From Candidatus Nanosynbacter lyticus (GTDB lineage: Bacteria; Patescibacteriota; Saccharimonadia; Saccharimonadales; Saccharimonadaceae): a stretch of DNA of 32,000 nt. The stretch is from contig NZ_CP007496.1 of NCBI RefSeq assembly GCF_000803625.1, forward strand, positions 240,001-272,000. Direction: 5' to 3'. How positions within the stretch are numbered: the stretch's first letter is position 1; every line of letters starts with the position of its first letter. This document shows, piece by piece, positions 23,078-31,398 of this stretch. The notes beneath the pieces are model-generated. The model did not search any database. It was not told the DNA's origin and saw only the letters and a program-made list of their open reading frames with translations. The translations under genes were made by a program, and so were the position numbers.

Positions 23078-23878
23078 TTACAAATCCACCTCAATACTCA
23101 CCGGACAGTGATCGCTGCCCATTTGTTCGGGGTGAATTTGTGGATTAGTGACGTGATTTGCAATTTCACGTGATGCCAACCAATAGTCAATCCGCCAACC
23201 GACATTGCGTGCCCTAGCATTAGCCCAATGTGTCCACCAAGTATAAGCACCGGTTTTTTCGGGAAAAACTGCCCGGAACGTATCAATAAAGCCAGCGTCC
23301 AAATAATTCTGAAAGCCTTCGCGCTCTTCGTCGGTGAAGCCGTGTTTGCCAACATTAGGTTTGGGATTTGCTAAGTCAATTTCTTTATGCGCCACGTTCA
23401 TATCTCCGCAGTATAGTACCGGCTTTGACAGTTCCAATTCCTGCAGATAAGCCAATACTGCCTTATCCCATTTTTCATGGCGTAAGCCCAGTCGACTCAA
23501 GTCTCCTTTGGAGTTTGGTGTGTAGCAAGTAACCACCCAAAAACTATCAAACTCAGCCGCGATAATCCGCCCTTCGTCAGCTGGATCGCCATATTTATCG
23601 CCAATTAAATTGAATCTTTCAATTATATTTTGCGGAAATCCATCATGCCAATTCAGCGGTGGGATTTTTGAGAAAATTGCCGTACCAGAATAGCCTTTTT
23701 TAGCGGCAGAGTAGAAATGCTCGTGATAATCTGGAAGGTCGATTTCAACTTGGTCTCGTGCAGCCTTGGTTTCTTGTAGACATAAAATATCCGGATTGTA
23801 CTTATTGATGAATTGCGCAAATTCGCCCTTGTTGATGACTGCGCGAATACCGTTTACGTTCCAGGAGAATAGTTTCAT
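23078..23878 (-). CDS. xth: Exodeoxyribonuclease III (AP endonuclease)
   Basis: MKLFSWNVNGIRA, CLQETK, GDMNVAH and SDHCPV motifs of the EEP/ExoIII family. Confidence 0.9.
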   Translation of the reverse strand: MKLFSWNVNGIRAVINKGEFAQFINKYNPDILCLQETKAARDQVEIDLPDYHEHFYSAAKKGYSGTAIFSKIPPLNWHDGFPQNIIERFNLIGDKYGDPADEGRIIAAEFDSFWVVTCYTPNSKGDLSRLGLRHEKWDKAVLAYLQELELSKPVLYCGDMNVAHKEIDLANPKPNVGKHGFTDEEREGFQNYLDAGFIDTFRAVFPEKTGAYTWWTHWANARARNVGWRIDYWLASREIANHVTNPQIHPEQMGSDHCPVSIEVDL

Positions 23879-23884
23879 ATGATT

Positions 23885-23890
23885 ATTATA
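23885..23890 (-). promoter_or_regulatory. -10 box TATAAT, 6 nt upstream of the xth ATG
   Basis: Minus strand reads cgcTATAATaatcatATG. No SD. Confidence 0.45.
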
Positions 23891-23893
23891 GCG

Positions 23894-23902
23894 TGGTAAT
23901 AT
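23894..23902 (+). promoter_or_regulatory. Extended -10 TGgTAATAT, 6 nt upstream of ATG 23909
   Basis: Sequence is gcgTGgTAATATaatttaATG. It sits back to back with the xth -10 box inside a 30-bp intergenic region. Confidence 0.45.
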
Positions 23903-23908
23903 AATTTA

Positions 23909-24715
23909 ATGAATATACCGCTGGTGTATAGTAAGTTTTTAAGTGAGATTTCTAGTGGTTTTATGGATGTTGGGGATATAAAGACTGCTTACTATTTTCA
24001 TCATAATAACTCAGATAAAACCATCCTGTTGATTCATGGCATTGGCGGAGACTTTCATGGAATGATTCCTCTGGCGTACTTCTTGAAAGATAGTGCGAAT
24101 ATTTTATTTGTTGACCTGCCCTCGCATGGCAATAGCCAATTGATTAAAAATACAGATGTTAGAAATATTGAAGATTGGGCGAAAGGCTTGATAGTGGCTT
24201 TTAGAAAAAAGAACTTACAAATTGATGTAGTGGTTACTCATTCATTGGGTTGTTTGGCGGCTCGTAAGGTGAATTGTTCCAATATTTGGTACGTCAACCC
24301 ACCGATTAAGGCTTCAGTTGCAGTGAAGATTTCTTCCGCGATCTTGTATCATATTCGTTGGATAAATCAGTATGTTTATTTAAACTATTATTTTTCAGTA
24401 TTGCGTGGTGTATGTTTGATGAGAGATAAACAAAAGAATACGATAAATCTAGTAAAATGGCTGACAAAAAATACCAACGTAACCTCACGACAATACCTGG
24501 AGCAAGCAGGAATAGCTCGAGATATTCCCATAAAAGAGAGGTCGGTTAATTCCGGGAAAGATTTTACGGGAATGATCGTGGGAAGATTTGATAAAATTAC
24601 CCGCCCCGTCCGACCGTCTGGGCTGAGAATTGATAAATTTGTTGAGCTTGAGACTGGTCATTTGTCGGTTTTGGACAGTCCAGAATTAATAGCGAAACTA
24701 ATATTGTCAGAATAA
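23909..24715 (+). CDS. Alpha/beta-fold hydrolase
   Basis: LLIHGIGGDFHG (oxyanion region) and the nucleophile elbow VTHSLGC. Confidence 0.6.
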   Translation: MNIPLVYSKFLSEISSGFMDVGDIKTAYYFHHNNSDKTILLIHGIGGDFHGMIPLAYFLKDSANILFVDLPSHGNSQLIKNTDVRNIEDWAKGLIVAFRKKNLQIDVVVTHSLGCLAARKVNCSNIWYVNPPIKASVAVKISSAILYHIRWINQYVYLNYYFSVLRGVCLMRDKQKNTINLVKWLTKNTNVTSRQYLEQAGIARDIPIKERSVNSGKDFTGMIVGRFDKITRPVRPSGLRIDKFVELETGHLSVLDSPELIAKLILSE

Positions 24716-24719
24716 ATTT

Positions 24720-24728
24720 TGCTATACT
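24720..24728 (+). promoter_or_regulatory. Extended -10 TGcTATACT, 6 nt upstream of ATG 24735
   Basis: Sequence is tttTGcTATACTgtagatATG. No SD. Confidence 0.5.
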
Positions 24729-24734
24729 GTAGAT

Positions 24735-25757
24735 ATGAGTAAGAAGGCTGATAAGAAACTAATTGTTGATATGATTTCTGAAAGTGAGTTTACTGTTCAG
24801 GGTCACGGTGTGCATACGGCTTATAAAGAGATTACAGATGCACTGCGAAAAAGAAAAGATATTGATATTGAAGTAAACTCTAAGCGTCCATCTGACATTA
24901 TTCATATTCAGACTATGGGACTTTACTCTTTTCGTCATTTGATAAGGAAAGGTGGAAAAAAAGTAGTCTCTGCTCATATTGTGCCGGATAGTTTTATTGG
25001 TTCAATTAAGGGCGCCAAATATTGGAAACCTCTGGGTAGGATGTGGTTGAAATTTTTCTACAAGAAAGCGGATTTGGTTTTGGCCTGCTCTGGTATGGTT
25101 GCCGATGAGCTTATAAACGACATGAATGTCCCTAAAACTAAGGTTCTTTACAATACAATCGATATGTCGAGGTATAGGCATTCGGCTGCAGAAAAGAAGC
25201 TAGCCAGAAAGAAGCTTGACCTTAAGGATAATGATTTTGTAGTGATGGGAAATGGTCAGGTCCAGCCGCGAAAACGCCTCGACATTCTGATAAAAGCAGC
25301 TAAAAAAATGCCAGATGTAAAGTTTTTCTGGGTAGGAGGCATTCCATTTAAGAATCTAGGAGCAGACTATCATGCTATGCAAAATATGATAAAAAGTGCT
25401 CCTGACAACCTTACGGTGACTGGTGTTATTCCTCTGGAGGCTGTTAAAGATTATTATGTAGCTGCCGACTTGTTTGTCCTTCCTGCTATGCAAGAAAACC
25501 ATCCTATGTGTGTATTGGAGGCAGCAGGTGCTGGATTACCGATTATTTTACGAGATATTCCTCAGTACGATGATACGTTTAAGGGTGATGCCGTTATGGC
25601 AAAAACAGATGATGAGTTCTTGGATTTGATTGATTTACTTCGTAAAGATAAAAAGGCTTATAGTAAAGCGTGTCTTGGAGCTGGGAAAATTGCCAAAAGG
25701 TTTGACAGCAGTGCTGGTGCTGAACGGCTAGTCGAGTTTTATCGGTCTTTGATATAG
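24735..25757 (+). CDS. Glycosyltransferase family 4 (GT-B), possibly a glycolipid synthase
   Basis: 340 aa. The C-terminal half has FVLPAMQENHPMCVLEAAGAGLPIILRD, an E-x7-E-type region. Confidence 0.75.
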   Translation: MSKKADKKLIVDMISESEFTVQGHGVHTAYKEITDALRKRKDIDIEVNSKRPSDIIHIQTMGLYSFRHLIRKGGKKVVSAHIVPDSFIGSIKGAKYWKPLGRMWLKFFYKKADLVLACSGMVADELINDMNVPKTKVLYNTIDMSRYRHSAAEKKLARKKLDLKDNDFVVMGNGQVQPRKRLDILIKAAKKMPDVKFFWVGGIPFKNLGADYHAMQNMIKSAPDNLTVTGVIPLEAVKDYYVAADLFVLPAMQENHPMCVLEAAGAGLPIILRDIPQYDDTFKGDAVMAKTDDEFLDLIDLLRKDKKAYSKACLGAGKIAKRFDSSAGAERLVEFYRSLI

Positions 25758-25758
25758 A

Positions 25759-25767
25759 TGGTATAAT
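25759..25767 (+). promoter_or_regulatory. Extended -10 TGgTATAAT, 6 nt upstream of ATG 25774
   Basis: Sequence is agaTGgTATAATgagaatATG. It overlaps the end of the preceding GT gene. No SD. Confidence 0.5.
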
Positions 25768-25773
25768 GAGAAT

Positions 25774-27072
25774 ATGAAGATAGGACTTTTTACGGATAGT
25801 TACCGGCCGTCTATTAATGGGATTGTTTATGTAGTCGAATCTCTGAAGCGTGAGCTGGAAGCTTTGGGGCATGAGGTTTACGTTTTTTGTCCGGCAAAGT
25901 CTATTAGTCCATCCAAGCAGGCGGAACTTCTGCATGAGGATGACAATAGTCGGATCGTTCGTTTTCGTTCTATTAAAGGAGCGTTTTTTGATGATTATGA
26001 TACGTCGGTATTCTTCCCTCCTGTGGTGCAGCGTCAAATTGCCAATATGAATCTGGACGTTGTTCATATTTTTACGCCGTCGCAAATTGGATTGTTAGGT
26101 GTAAAAGTGGCGAAGAAAAATAATATTCCGCTTATTATTCAGCACTGTACTGATTTATATGAGTTTGTTGATCACTATCCGGCGGTTCTGCCAGGAGCAC
26201 TGGCTTTGGCGGGAATTGTTTTTCCCTTATCGGTCAAGCTGAATGGTCAAGATTTGTTAGAGGTTGCTAAGCTTTATCGTCCGCGTAATGGCGTGACAAA
26301 ATGGAATAAAGATATCATTGAGCGTGTTATTACTATTTTATATAGCAAGGCGGACGCGGTTATCGCATTGTCGCGTAAAAGCCGCGACCAGTTGCAATCT
26401 TGGCAAACGGAAGATTATGGATACGATATCACTTTAATGCCAAATGGTGTCAACGCCCTTCCGAAGCCAAAGTCTGAGCGGATAAAAGAGTTTCGAGAAC
26501 AATGGGGTTTGAGGGAAAAAGATGAGGTATTTGGCTTCGTTGGGCGCTTGGGTGAGGAGAAAAACCTACCAATTCTTATCGAAGCATTCAACAAATTCAT
26601 CGCCCCAGACAGGCCGAAGTCCAAGCTGCTATTTGTCGGTGATTTTGAATATCGTCAAAAATTGGAAGAGATGGCTGCTGAAACAGATTTTGTAGATAGG
26701 ATTATATTTACTGGCGCTATGCCTCGTGAAGATTTGGGCGTGGCGTATGGTGTGATAAATGTATTTACCTTCCCTTCACTGAAGGACACGCAAGGTTGGG
26801 TTCTTCATGAAGCGGCTCATGCTGGTAAGCCGATTGTAATTATAGACAAAGAGGTTTCGGAGGTAGTTAAAGACGGTGTCAATGGTTATTTTGCAGAAAA
26901 TACTCCAGAAAGTGTTGCCAAAAAGGTAATTTCAATTCTAAAGAGTCCGAAAAAGCAGGCAGAGTTTAGTGCTGAAAGTAAAAAGCTTGCCAGCAAATTT
27001 ACTGAACGCAGTCAGGTCAAGAGGCTGGAGAAGCTTTATAAAAATTTGATTGAAATACGGGAAAATCAGTAG
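25774..27072 (+). CDS. Glycosyltransferase family 4 (GT-B), diacylglycerol glucosyltransferase-like
   Basis: The N-terminus MKIGLFTDSYRPSINGIVYVV resembles monoglucosyl-DAG synthases. FTFPSLKDTQGWVLHEAAHAGKPIVIID is the E-x7-E region. Confidence 0.75.
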   Translation: MKIGLFTDSYRPSINGIVYVVESLKRELEALGHEVYVFCPAKSISPSKQAELLHEDDNSRIVRFRSIKGAFFDDYDTSVFFPPVVQRQIANMNLDVVHIFTPSQIGLLGVKVAKKNNIPLIIQHCTDLYEFVDHYPAVLPGALALAGIVFPLSVKLNGQDLLEVAKLYRPRNGVTKWNKDIIERVITILYSKADAVIALSRKSRDQLQSWQTEDYGYDITLMPNGVNALPKPKSERIKEFREQWGLREKDEVFGFVGRLGEEKNLPILIEAFNKFIAPDRPKSKLLFVGDFEYRQKLEEMAAETDFVDRIIFTGAMPREDLGVAYGVINVFTFPSLKDTQGWVLHEAAHAGKPIVIIDKEVSEVVKDGVNGYFAENTPESVAKKVISILKSPKKQAEFSAESKKLASKFTERSQVKRLEKLYKNLIEIRENQ

Positions 27073-27078
27073 TAGATT

Positions 27079-27555
27079 TTATCTATTGGAGATTAGACGC
27101 CTGGCCTCTCTGTCTTGATCGCGGCGCTTGATAGTCTCGCGTTTATCGTAGGTTTTTTTACCTCTAGCTAGAGCAATAACCACTTTGATAAATTTTCCAT
27201 TAGTCAATAATTTGGTCGGCACAATAGTCATGCCTTGCTTTTTGGCATCTGTAAAATGGGCAAGTTGTTTTTTGCTGACTAATAATTTTCGTGCCGAAGT
27301 ATCGACTGATCGGGTGTTTGCTTCTCCGCGGACGTTTAGCCGTAACGAAAAACTAGCGTTATTTAGCCATAGCTCGTTATTTTTTAAACTGACGAAAGCG
27401 CCCTTCAACTGAACATGTCCTTCCCTGGCGGCGCGCACCTCCAGCCCAGTTAAAACCAGCCCAGCCACAATTTCTTCGCCCAACTCATAGTCAAACCGAG
27501 CTCGTCGGTTAATGACGGCTTGGGTGTTTGGTTTTTTCGTTTTTGGCTTTGGCAT
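27079..27555 (-). CDS. smpB: SsrA-binding protein SmpB
   Basis: 158 aa with NRRARFDYELGEEIVAGLVLTGLEV... and a basic C-terminal tail, as expected for SmpB. Confidence 0.92.
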   Translation of the reverse strand: MPKPKTKKPNTQAVINRRARFDYELGEEIVAGLVLTGLEVRAAREGHVQLKGAFVSLKNNELWLNNASFSLRLNVRGEANTRSVDTSARKLLVSKKQLAHFTDAKKQGMTIVPTKLLTNGKFIKVVIALARGKKTYDKRETIKRRDQDREARRLISNR

Positions 27556-27561
27556 GGGTAT

Positions 27562-27570
27562 ATTATAGCA
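27562..27570 (-). promoter_or_regulatory. Extended -10 TGcTATAAT, 6 nt upstream of the smpB ATG
   Basis: Minus strand reads ccTGcTATAATatacccATG. No SD. Confidence 0.5.
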
Positions 27571-27661
27571 GGTTTAATGACCTGTAGAGATAGAAATTTA
27601 TATTATGCCATAAGCATGTTAAAAATACAATATATAACCCTTGAAAAGAGTGTGTCATTTT

Positions 27662-27670
27662 TGTCATACT
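27662..27670 (+). promoter_or_regulatory. Extended -10 TGtCATACT, 6 nt upstream of ATG 27677
   Basis: Sequence is ttTGtCATACTggatgaATGcgt. This supports the track start at 27677. Confidence 0.4.
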
Positions 27671-27676
27671 GGATGA

Positions 27677-28843
27677 ATGCGTGGAGAAAAAATGTCTGGC
27701 CGCGAAGGCTTATTACTTAATGGCGAGCAAGATCAAGTTCCTCTTGGTGAAATTGTACAGCTATCTCAGATTCGTGGCGACAGAAATAGAGTAACGACCG
27801 CCCTGAAGGACAGTATCCTGCAGGAAGGGCTGCTCTATCCACCAATTGTAGCTAGCGTTACTCCTGCTTTACTGGAGGAGTATATCGGCTTTACAAATCG
27901 TACGTGGGGTGGTGATGCGAATTTCGATGACTTTGCTGACAGGCTGCGCCTAGATGGCAATTACTATCTTATGGTAGCTGGACACACCAGATGCGCGGCT
28001 GTCGAGGAGCTAATCAACGAAGGTGCGCTTCCTGCTGATATTGAAATGCCGGTTAAGGTAGTAAAAATGGGTTCAGTCATGGATATTGTCTCAGTTCAGC
28101 GGGCTGATAATCTACATAGTGCACCTCCGAAAGAGCGTGAAGCTATGGCTATCGTGGAGTTGTACGTTTGGGGTTTGGAGAATGGTAGTTGGAGTAATAA
28201 AAAAGAATTCCTCAATAGCCAGTCCAGTCAAAACATTAATATTACAAGAGGCACACTACGTGATGCTTTACATTACGCTAATCTGCCATCAAGAATTCGG
28301 AATTTCATTTTAGGCGGTGCAATTAAGTATTCCGTGGGGGTCGAGATGGGTGCTGGCGTCCCTATTATGCTGGACTTTTTTGCTTATAAAATGGGCTTTT
28401 CTGGGTTTGATGATTCGGCGATAAACGAAGAATCCAAAAGACAAATTGAGTTGGCTACTGAAGTCTTCTTGGATAGGCTGTGTATTGAAATAGTTAGTGG
28501 CAATCGGAGTACAGGAAAGAACAGAAGTATTTTGGAGTCTAGGGTTCTCATTAGGAATGAGCTTGAGAGAATGAAAGGTGTGATGGTGCCGGTGTCAGAC
28601 GAGCCGCTATTTACCTTGCAGGAGCCGCCGTCGCAGATTATTGATGGTGAAATTAGAAATCTTCGTCGAGCGCTTAATGATATGACTGTAAGGCATGCCA
28701 GCGGTTTATTATCGGATATGATTAAGGGCCAAGAGGGGTTGCTGGGTAGCGATGAAGTGGATAGCTTATTAGAGAAACTTAAGTCCGCAGAAAACTATGA
28801 GTATCAGAGTTTGGGCGGAATAGCCTTATCTGCAAGTATCTAA
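27677..28843 (+). CDS. ParB/Sulfiredoxin-like N-terminal domain protein
   Basis: LSQIRGDRNRV...LKDSILQEGLLYPPIVA...YYLMVAGHTRCAAV resembles the ParB N-terminal (ParBc) fold. The remaining ~250 aa are uncharacterised. No parA gene is adjacent. Confidence 0.5.
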   Translation: MRGEKMSGREGLLLNGEQDQVPLGEIVQLSQIRGDRNRVTTALKDSILQEGLLYPPIVASVTPALLEEYIGFTNRTWGGDANFDDFADRLRLDGNYYLMVAGHTRCAAVEELINEGALPADIEMPVKVVKMGSVMDIVSVQRADNLHSAPPKEREAMAIVELYVWGLENGSWSNKKEFLNSQSSQNINITRGTLRDALHYANLPSRIRNFILGGAIKYSVGVEMGAGVPIMLDFFAYKMGFSGFDDSAINEESKRQIELATEVFLDRLCIEIVSGNRSTGKNRSILESRVLIRNELERMKGVMVPVSDEPLFTLQEPPSQIIDGEIRNLRRALNDMTVRHASGLLSDMIKGQEGLLGSDEVDSLLEKLKSAENYEYQSLGGIALSASI

Positions 28844-28861
28844 TACTTCTCCCCCCACCTT

Positions 28862-28870
28862 TGCTATAAT
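28862..28870 (+). promoter_or_regulatory. Extended -10 TGcTATAAT, 7 nt upstream of ATG 28878
   Basis: Sequence is ttTGcTATAATaagtcggATG. No SD. Confidence 0.5.
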
Positions 28871-28877
28871 AAGTCGG

Positions 28878-30758
28878 ATGATAGCCGACATTCACATCAC
28901 CGAAAAAAGTTTTGGCGACAAGACGTTGATGCGCGACGTCAAGTTTAGCGTGGATGATGGTGAGAAGGTTGGTGTGGTCGGCCGTAATGGCGTCGGTAAG
29001 TCGACATTGTTTGGCATCTTGGCGGGCACGGACACCGACTATACTGGTGAGGTGATTTTTCGGCGCGGCATCACCGTGGCCAGTACGGCGCAGGAGCATC
29101 ATGGTTTGGGCGATCAGACGGTGCTGAGCTACATTTTGGCGGGGCTACCAGAATATGCGAGCTTAAAGAAAATTATTGATGAATATCCCGAGACCATGGG
29201 CGATAATATGCGTAAAATTGAGGAGTACACGCAGGCACTGGAGCGATTTGACCAGAAAGGGTTTTACCAGATCGAGGAGAAGATTGCCCGAGAGCTCGAT
29301 AATTTTCAGCTGAGCGGGTGCGGCGAGCGGCCGCTTGGTTCCCTGTCGGGTGGTCAGAAGCGGCTGGTGGAGATTGTGAAGATTATGCATGCGGGGGCAC
29401 ATTTGGCGCTGATCGACGAGCCGACTAATCACATGGATTACGTTGCCAAGCAGCAGTTTATCGACTGGATGAGTTCGCAACCGCGCCAGGCCATGTTGAT
29501 CATCACCCATGACCGCGATGTGTTAGGCCGGGTGGATCGAATTGTTGAACTTAAAGACGGCCAAGCGGTCAGCTACCGCGGTAATTATGACGCCTACCTC
29601 AAGCAAAACGCTCAGGCGACGGCGGCGGGCATGAATAATTTTGAGCAAGTCGAGAAGCGGATAACTAACCTCAAACAAAAAGTGCTGGATTATCAGCGGC
29701 TGAAGGAAAAGTCGCGTAACCCCGGCACCATCCAAAAGTTTAAGCGGCTGGAACATGAGGCGCGGGCCGAGCTGGCGGAATTATCAGAGATGGACAAGCC
29801 GACGTTTTGGATCGACAAGCAGTCGGCTGGGCAGCTTGATTATAAGTCGGCTGAGCGCTACGGCAAGTTCAAGGCGCGCAATATCCGGCTGTCGATGAAG
29901 GACGCGGCCAGTCGCAGTCAGCATGTGCTGGTGCGAGTTGAGGACGCGGCGGTTGGCGTTGGCGAAAGGATATTGTTTGAGGGGGTGAATATTGATCTGC
30001 GCGAGGGCGAGGCGGTGGAGCTGCGCGGCCGTAACGGCGCCGGCAAGACGACGCTGATTCGGATGTTGTTGGGGCAGCGGCGAGGTTCGGACTCCAGTCT
30101 CTCTGGCAAGTCGATGGTTTCGCGGACGGTGTTGCCGGACGCATTCGACTTGGAGGAGACGGCTGGAAGTCGAACCGCGGCAAGCGCTCCGCAGTCCTCC
30201 GCCAGAGCACACTCTTCGCTCAAATCTCCACCGGAGATTTTTCGCAAGCGTTCGGCTGAAACGTCCGCTACTCGCGAACGTTCCACAGTCTCTGGCGTAG
30301 AAGGTGTCGCACCTGCCGCTCCCATCCTTTACTCCGGCAACCTCTTCCTTGACCCGCAGGTGCGGGTGGGCGTGTATGAGCAAGAGATTGATGAGCGGTA
30401 TTTGGCGGATCCGCTGCAGGCGTCGATTGAGAAGTTGTATCTCAGCCGCGACCTGCCGATTTCTGATACTAAGATTCGCCAACTACTGGCTGACTATTTG
30501 TTCACCGAAGCCGATCGGATGACGCCGCTGGCTCGCCTGTCGGGTGGCCAAAAAGCGCGCTTTCAGATTATCGCTATGCTAGCAAATGACCCGCAGCTGC
30601 TGATTTTGGATGAGCCGACCAACCATCTTGACCTGCCGAGCATCGAGGAGCTGGAGACGGCGCTGGCGAAATATTCTGGCGCTATCCTGTACGTTAGCCA
30701 CGACAATTATTTCCGCCAAGAAATCGGCGGCGAGGTCGTGCAGATTGGCGCAGCATAA
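28878..30758 (+). CDS. ABC-F family ATPase (two ABC domains, no TMD) carrying a ~80-aa in-frame insertion in domain 2
   Basis: Domain 1 has GRNGVGKST, LSGGQKRLV and LALIDEPTNHMD. Domain 2 has GRNGAGKTT, LSGGQKARF and LLILDEPTNHLD. An extra S/A/R-rich segment, RRGSDSS...GVAPAAP, lies shortly after the second Walker A motif. Confidence 0.88.
   Translation: MIADIHITEKSFGDKTLMRDVKFSVDDGEKVGVVGRNGVGKSTLFGILAGTDTDYTGEVIFRRGITVASTAQEHHGLGDQTVLSYILAGLPEYASLKKIIDEYPETMGDNMRKIEEYTQALERFDQKGFYQIEEKIARELDNFQLSGCGERPLGSLSGGQKRLVEIVKIMHAGAHLALIDEPTNHMDYVAKQQFIDWMSSQPRQAMLIITHDRDVLGRVDRIVELKDGQAVSYRGNYDAYLKQNAQATAAGMNNFEQVEKRITNLKQKVLDYQRLKEKSRNPGTIQKFKRLEHEARAELAELSEMDKPTFWIDKQSAGQLDYKSAERYGKFKARNIRLSMKDAASRSQHVLVRVEDAAVGVGERILFEGVNIDLREGEAVELRGRNGAGKTTLIRMLLGQRRGSDSSLSGKSMVSRTVLPDAFDLEETAGSRTAASAPQSSARAHSSLKSPPEIFRKRSAETSATRERSTVSGVEGVAPAAPILYSGNLFLDPQVRVGVYEQEIDERYLADPLQASIEKLYLSRDLPISDTKIRQLLADYLFTEADRMTPLARLSGGQKARFQIIAMLANDPQLLILDEPTNHLDLPSIEELETALAKYSGAILYVSHDNYFRQEIGGEVVQIGAA
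30200..30319 (+). repeat. GC-rich 120-bp repeat, copy B, inside the ABC-F gene (sense to it); full insert about 30078-30321
   Basis: The alignment to 6471-6590 is ungapped at about 83% identity. It contains the hairpin AAATCTCC-ACC-GGAGATTT at 30222-30240. Confidence 0.75.
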
Positions 30759-30760
30759 AA

Positions 30761-30783
30761 ATCCCGCCACTGTTAGGCGGGAT
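30761..30783 (-). terminator. Intrinsic terminator, best on the minus strand after the glutaredoxin-like gene; possibly bidirectional
   Basis: ATCCCGCC-actgtta-GGCGGGAT (8 bp). On the minus strand it is followed by TTTTTAT. On the plus strand only a weak T-run follows. Confidence 0.55.
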
Positions 30784-30806
30784 AATTACTCGTTCAAGTG
30801 TATATT

Positions 30807-31094
30807 CTAGTCAGCCAATAAGCCGTTCTTGCGCAGCAAGTCTTGCAGCTTTGGTCGGTCAAAGCCAAGCACTAGTTCCCCGTTAATGTCGGTGACTGGC
30901 ACGCCTTGGAAATTGCCACCGTTTTTATTTAGCAATTCTTCCTTAGCGCTAGGATCGGCCTCGATATCCTTAGAAACAAAATCAATACCCAACTTTTTCA
31001 GCCATTCCATTTCCGTGTGGCAAAACGCACACCAGCTGGTGCTATATACAACAACTTTTGTGTCTTGGTGGTTGTTTGTCGTGTCTTCGCTCAT
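30807..31094 (-). CDS. Glutaredoxin-like (NrdH/Grx family) small redox protein
   Basis: 95 aa with VVYSTSWCAFCH (CxxC) and GVPVTDINGELVLGFD. A GGGGAG SD and a TGcTATAAT box lie 27 nt upstream. Confidence 0.75.
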   Translation of the reverse strand: MSEDTTNNHQDTKVVVYSTSWCAFCHTEMEWLKKLGIDFVSKDIEADPSAKEELLNKNGGNFQGVPVTDINGELVLGFDRPKLQDLLRKNGLLAD

Positions 31095-31145
31095 ATACTC
31101 CCCTGTTTAATAACAATCTCAATTATAGCATATTGGCTACGCTTA

Positions 31146-31367
31146 TTAAGAATTCTTAGAAGTCAGGTGCCAGCCTTTGCACCATTCGCAGCGATATACG
31201 TCAATGGATAAATTTGAGTTGACTAGTTCTTGGGTGTCCGCGGCTTGGCGTGCTTTTACTTCTGTCGAGAAGTGTCGCTTTTTCTGACAATTAGCCAGAC
31301 CAGTAATTGACATCAATGATGTTTTCTGTGATTTTTGACTATTTTTTGGATAATTTCGCCGAGGCAT
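31146..31367 (-). CDS. Small basic protein with a C-terminal YRCEWCKGWHLTS motif (Zn-ribbon-like), function unknown
   Basis: 73-aa ORF. TGtTATACT (31378-31386) lies 10 nt upstream of the ATG. Confidence 0.45.
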   Translation of the reverse strand: MPRRNYPKNSQKSQKTSLMSITGLANCQKKRHFSTEVKARQAADTQELVNSNLSIDVYRCEWCKGWHLTSKNS

Positions 31368-31377
31368 CTTGCAAAAT

Positions 31378-31386
31378 AGTATAACA
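31378..31386 (-). promoter_or_regulatory. Extended -10 TGtTATACT, 10 nt upstream of ATG 31367
   Basis: Minus strand reads cTGtTATACTattttgcaagATG. Confidence 0.4.
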
Positions 31387-31389
31387 GAT

Positions 31390-31398
31390 TGATATAGT
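31390..31398 (+). promoter_or_regulatory. Extended -10 TGaTATAGT, 11 nt upstream of ATG 31410 (atp operon)
   Basis: Sequence is atTGaTATAGTgataagtaatcATG. It is divergent from the previous promoter within a 42-bp intergenic region. Confidence 0.4.

Noticed and set aside
25594-26085. 163-aa minus-strand ORF
   Set aside because: It runs antisense across the junction of the two glycosyltransferase genes. It has a basic, low-complexity composition and no start signals.
27556-27676. Search for tmRNA (ssrA) next to smpB
   Set aside because: The intergenic region is only 121 bp and AT-rich. It has no tRNA-like acceptor/T-arm and no tag reading frame, so it is too short for tmRNA.
28779-30810. ORFs overlapping the ABC-F gene (28779..29102, 29163..29510, 29523..29756, 29784..30482, 29869..30210, 29918..30325, 30304..30522, 30579..30770 and 30610..30810)
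   Set aside because: These are shadow ORFs in a GC-rich conserved gene. Their only use is to show that the repeat element is open in several frames.
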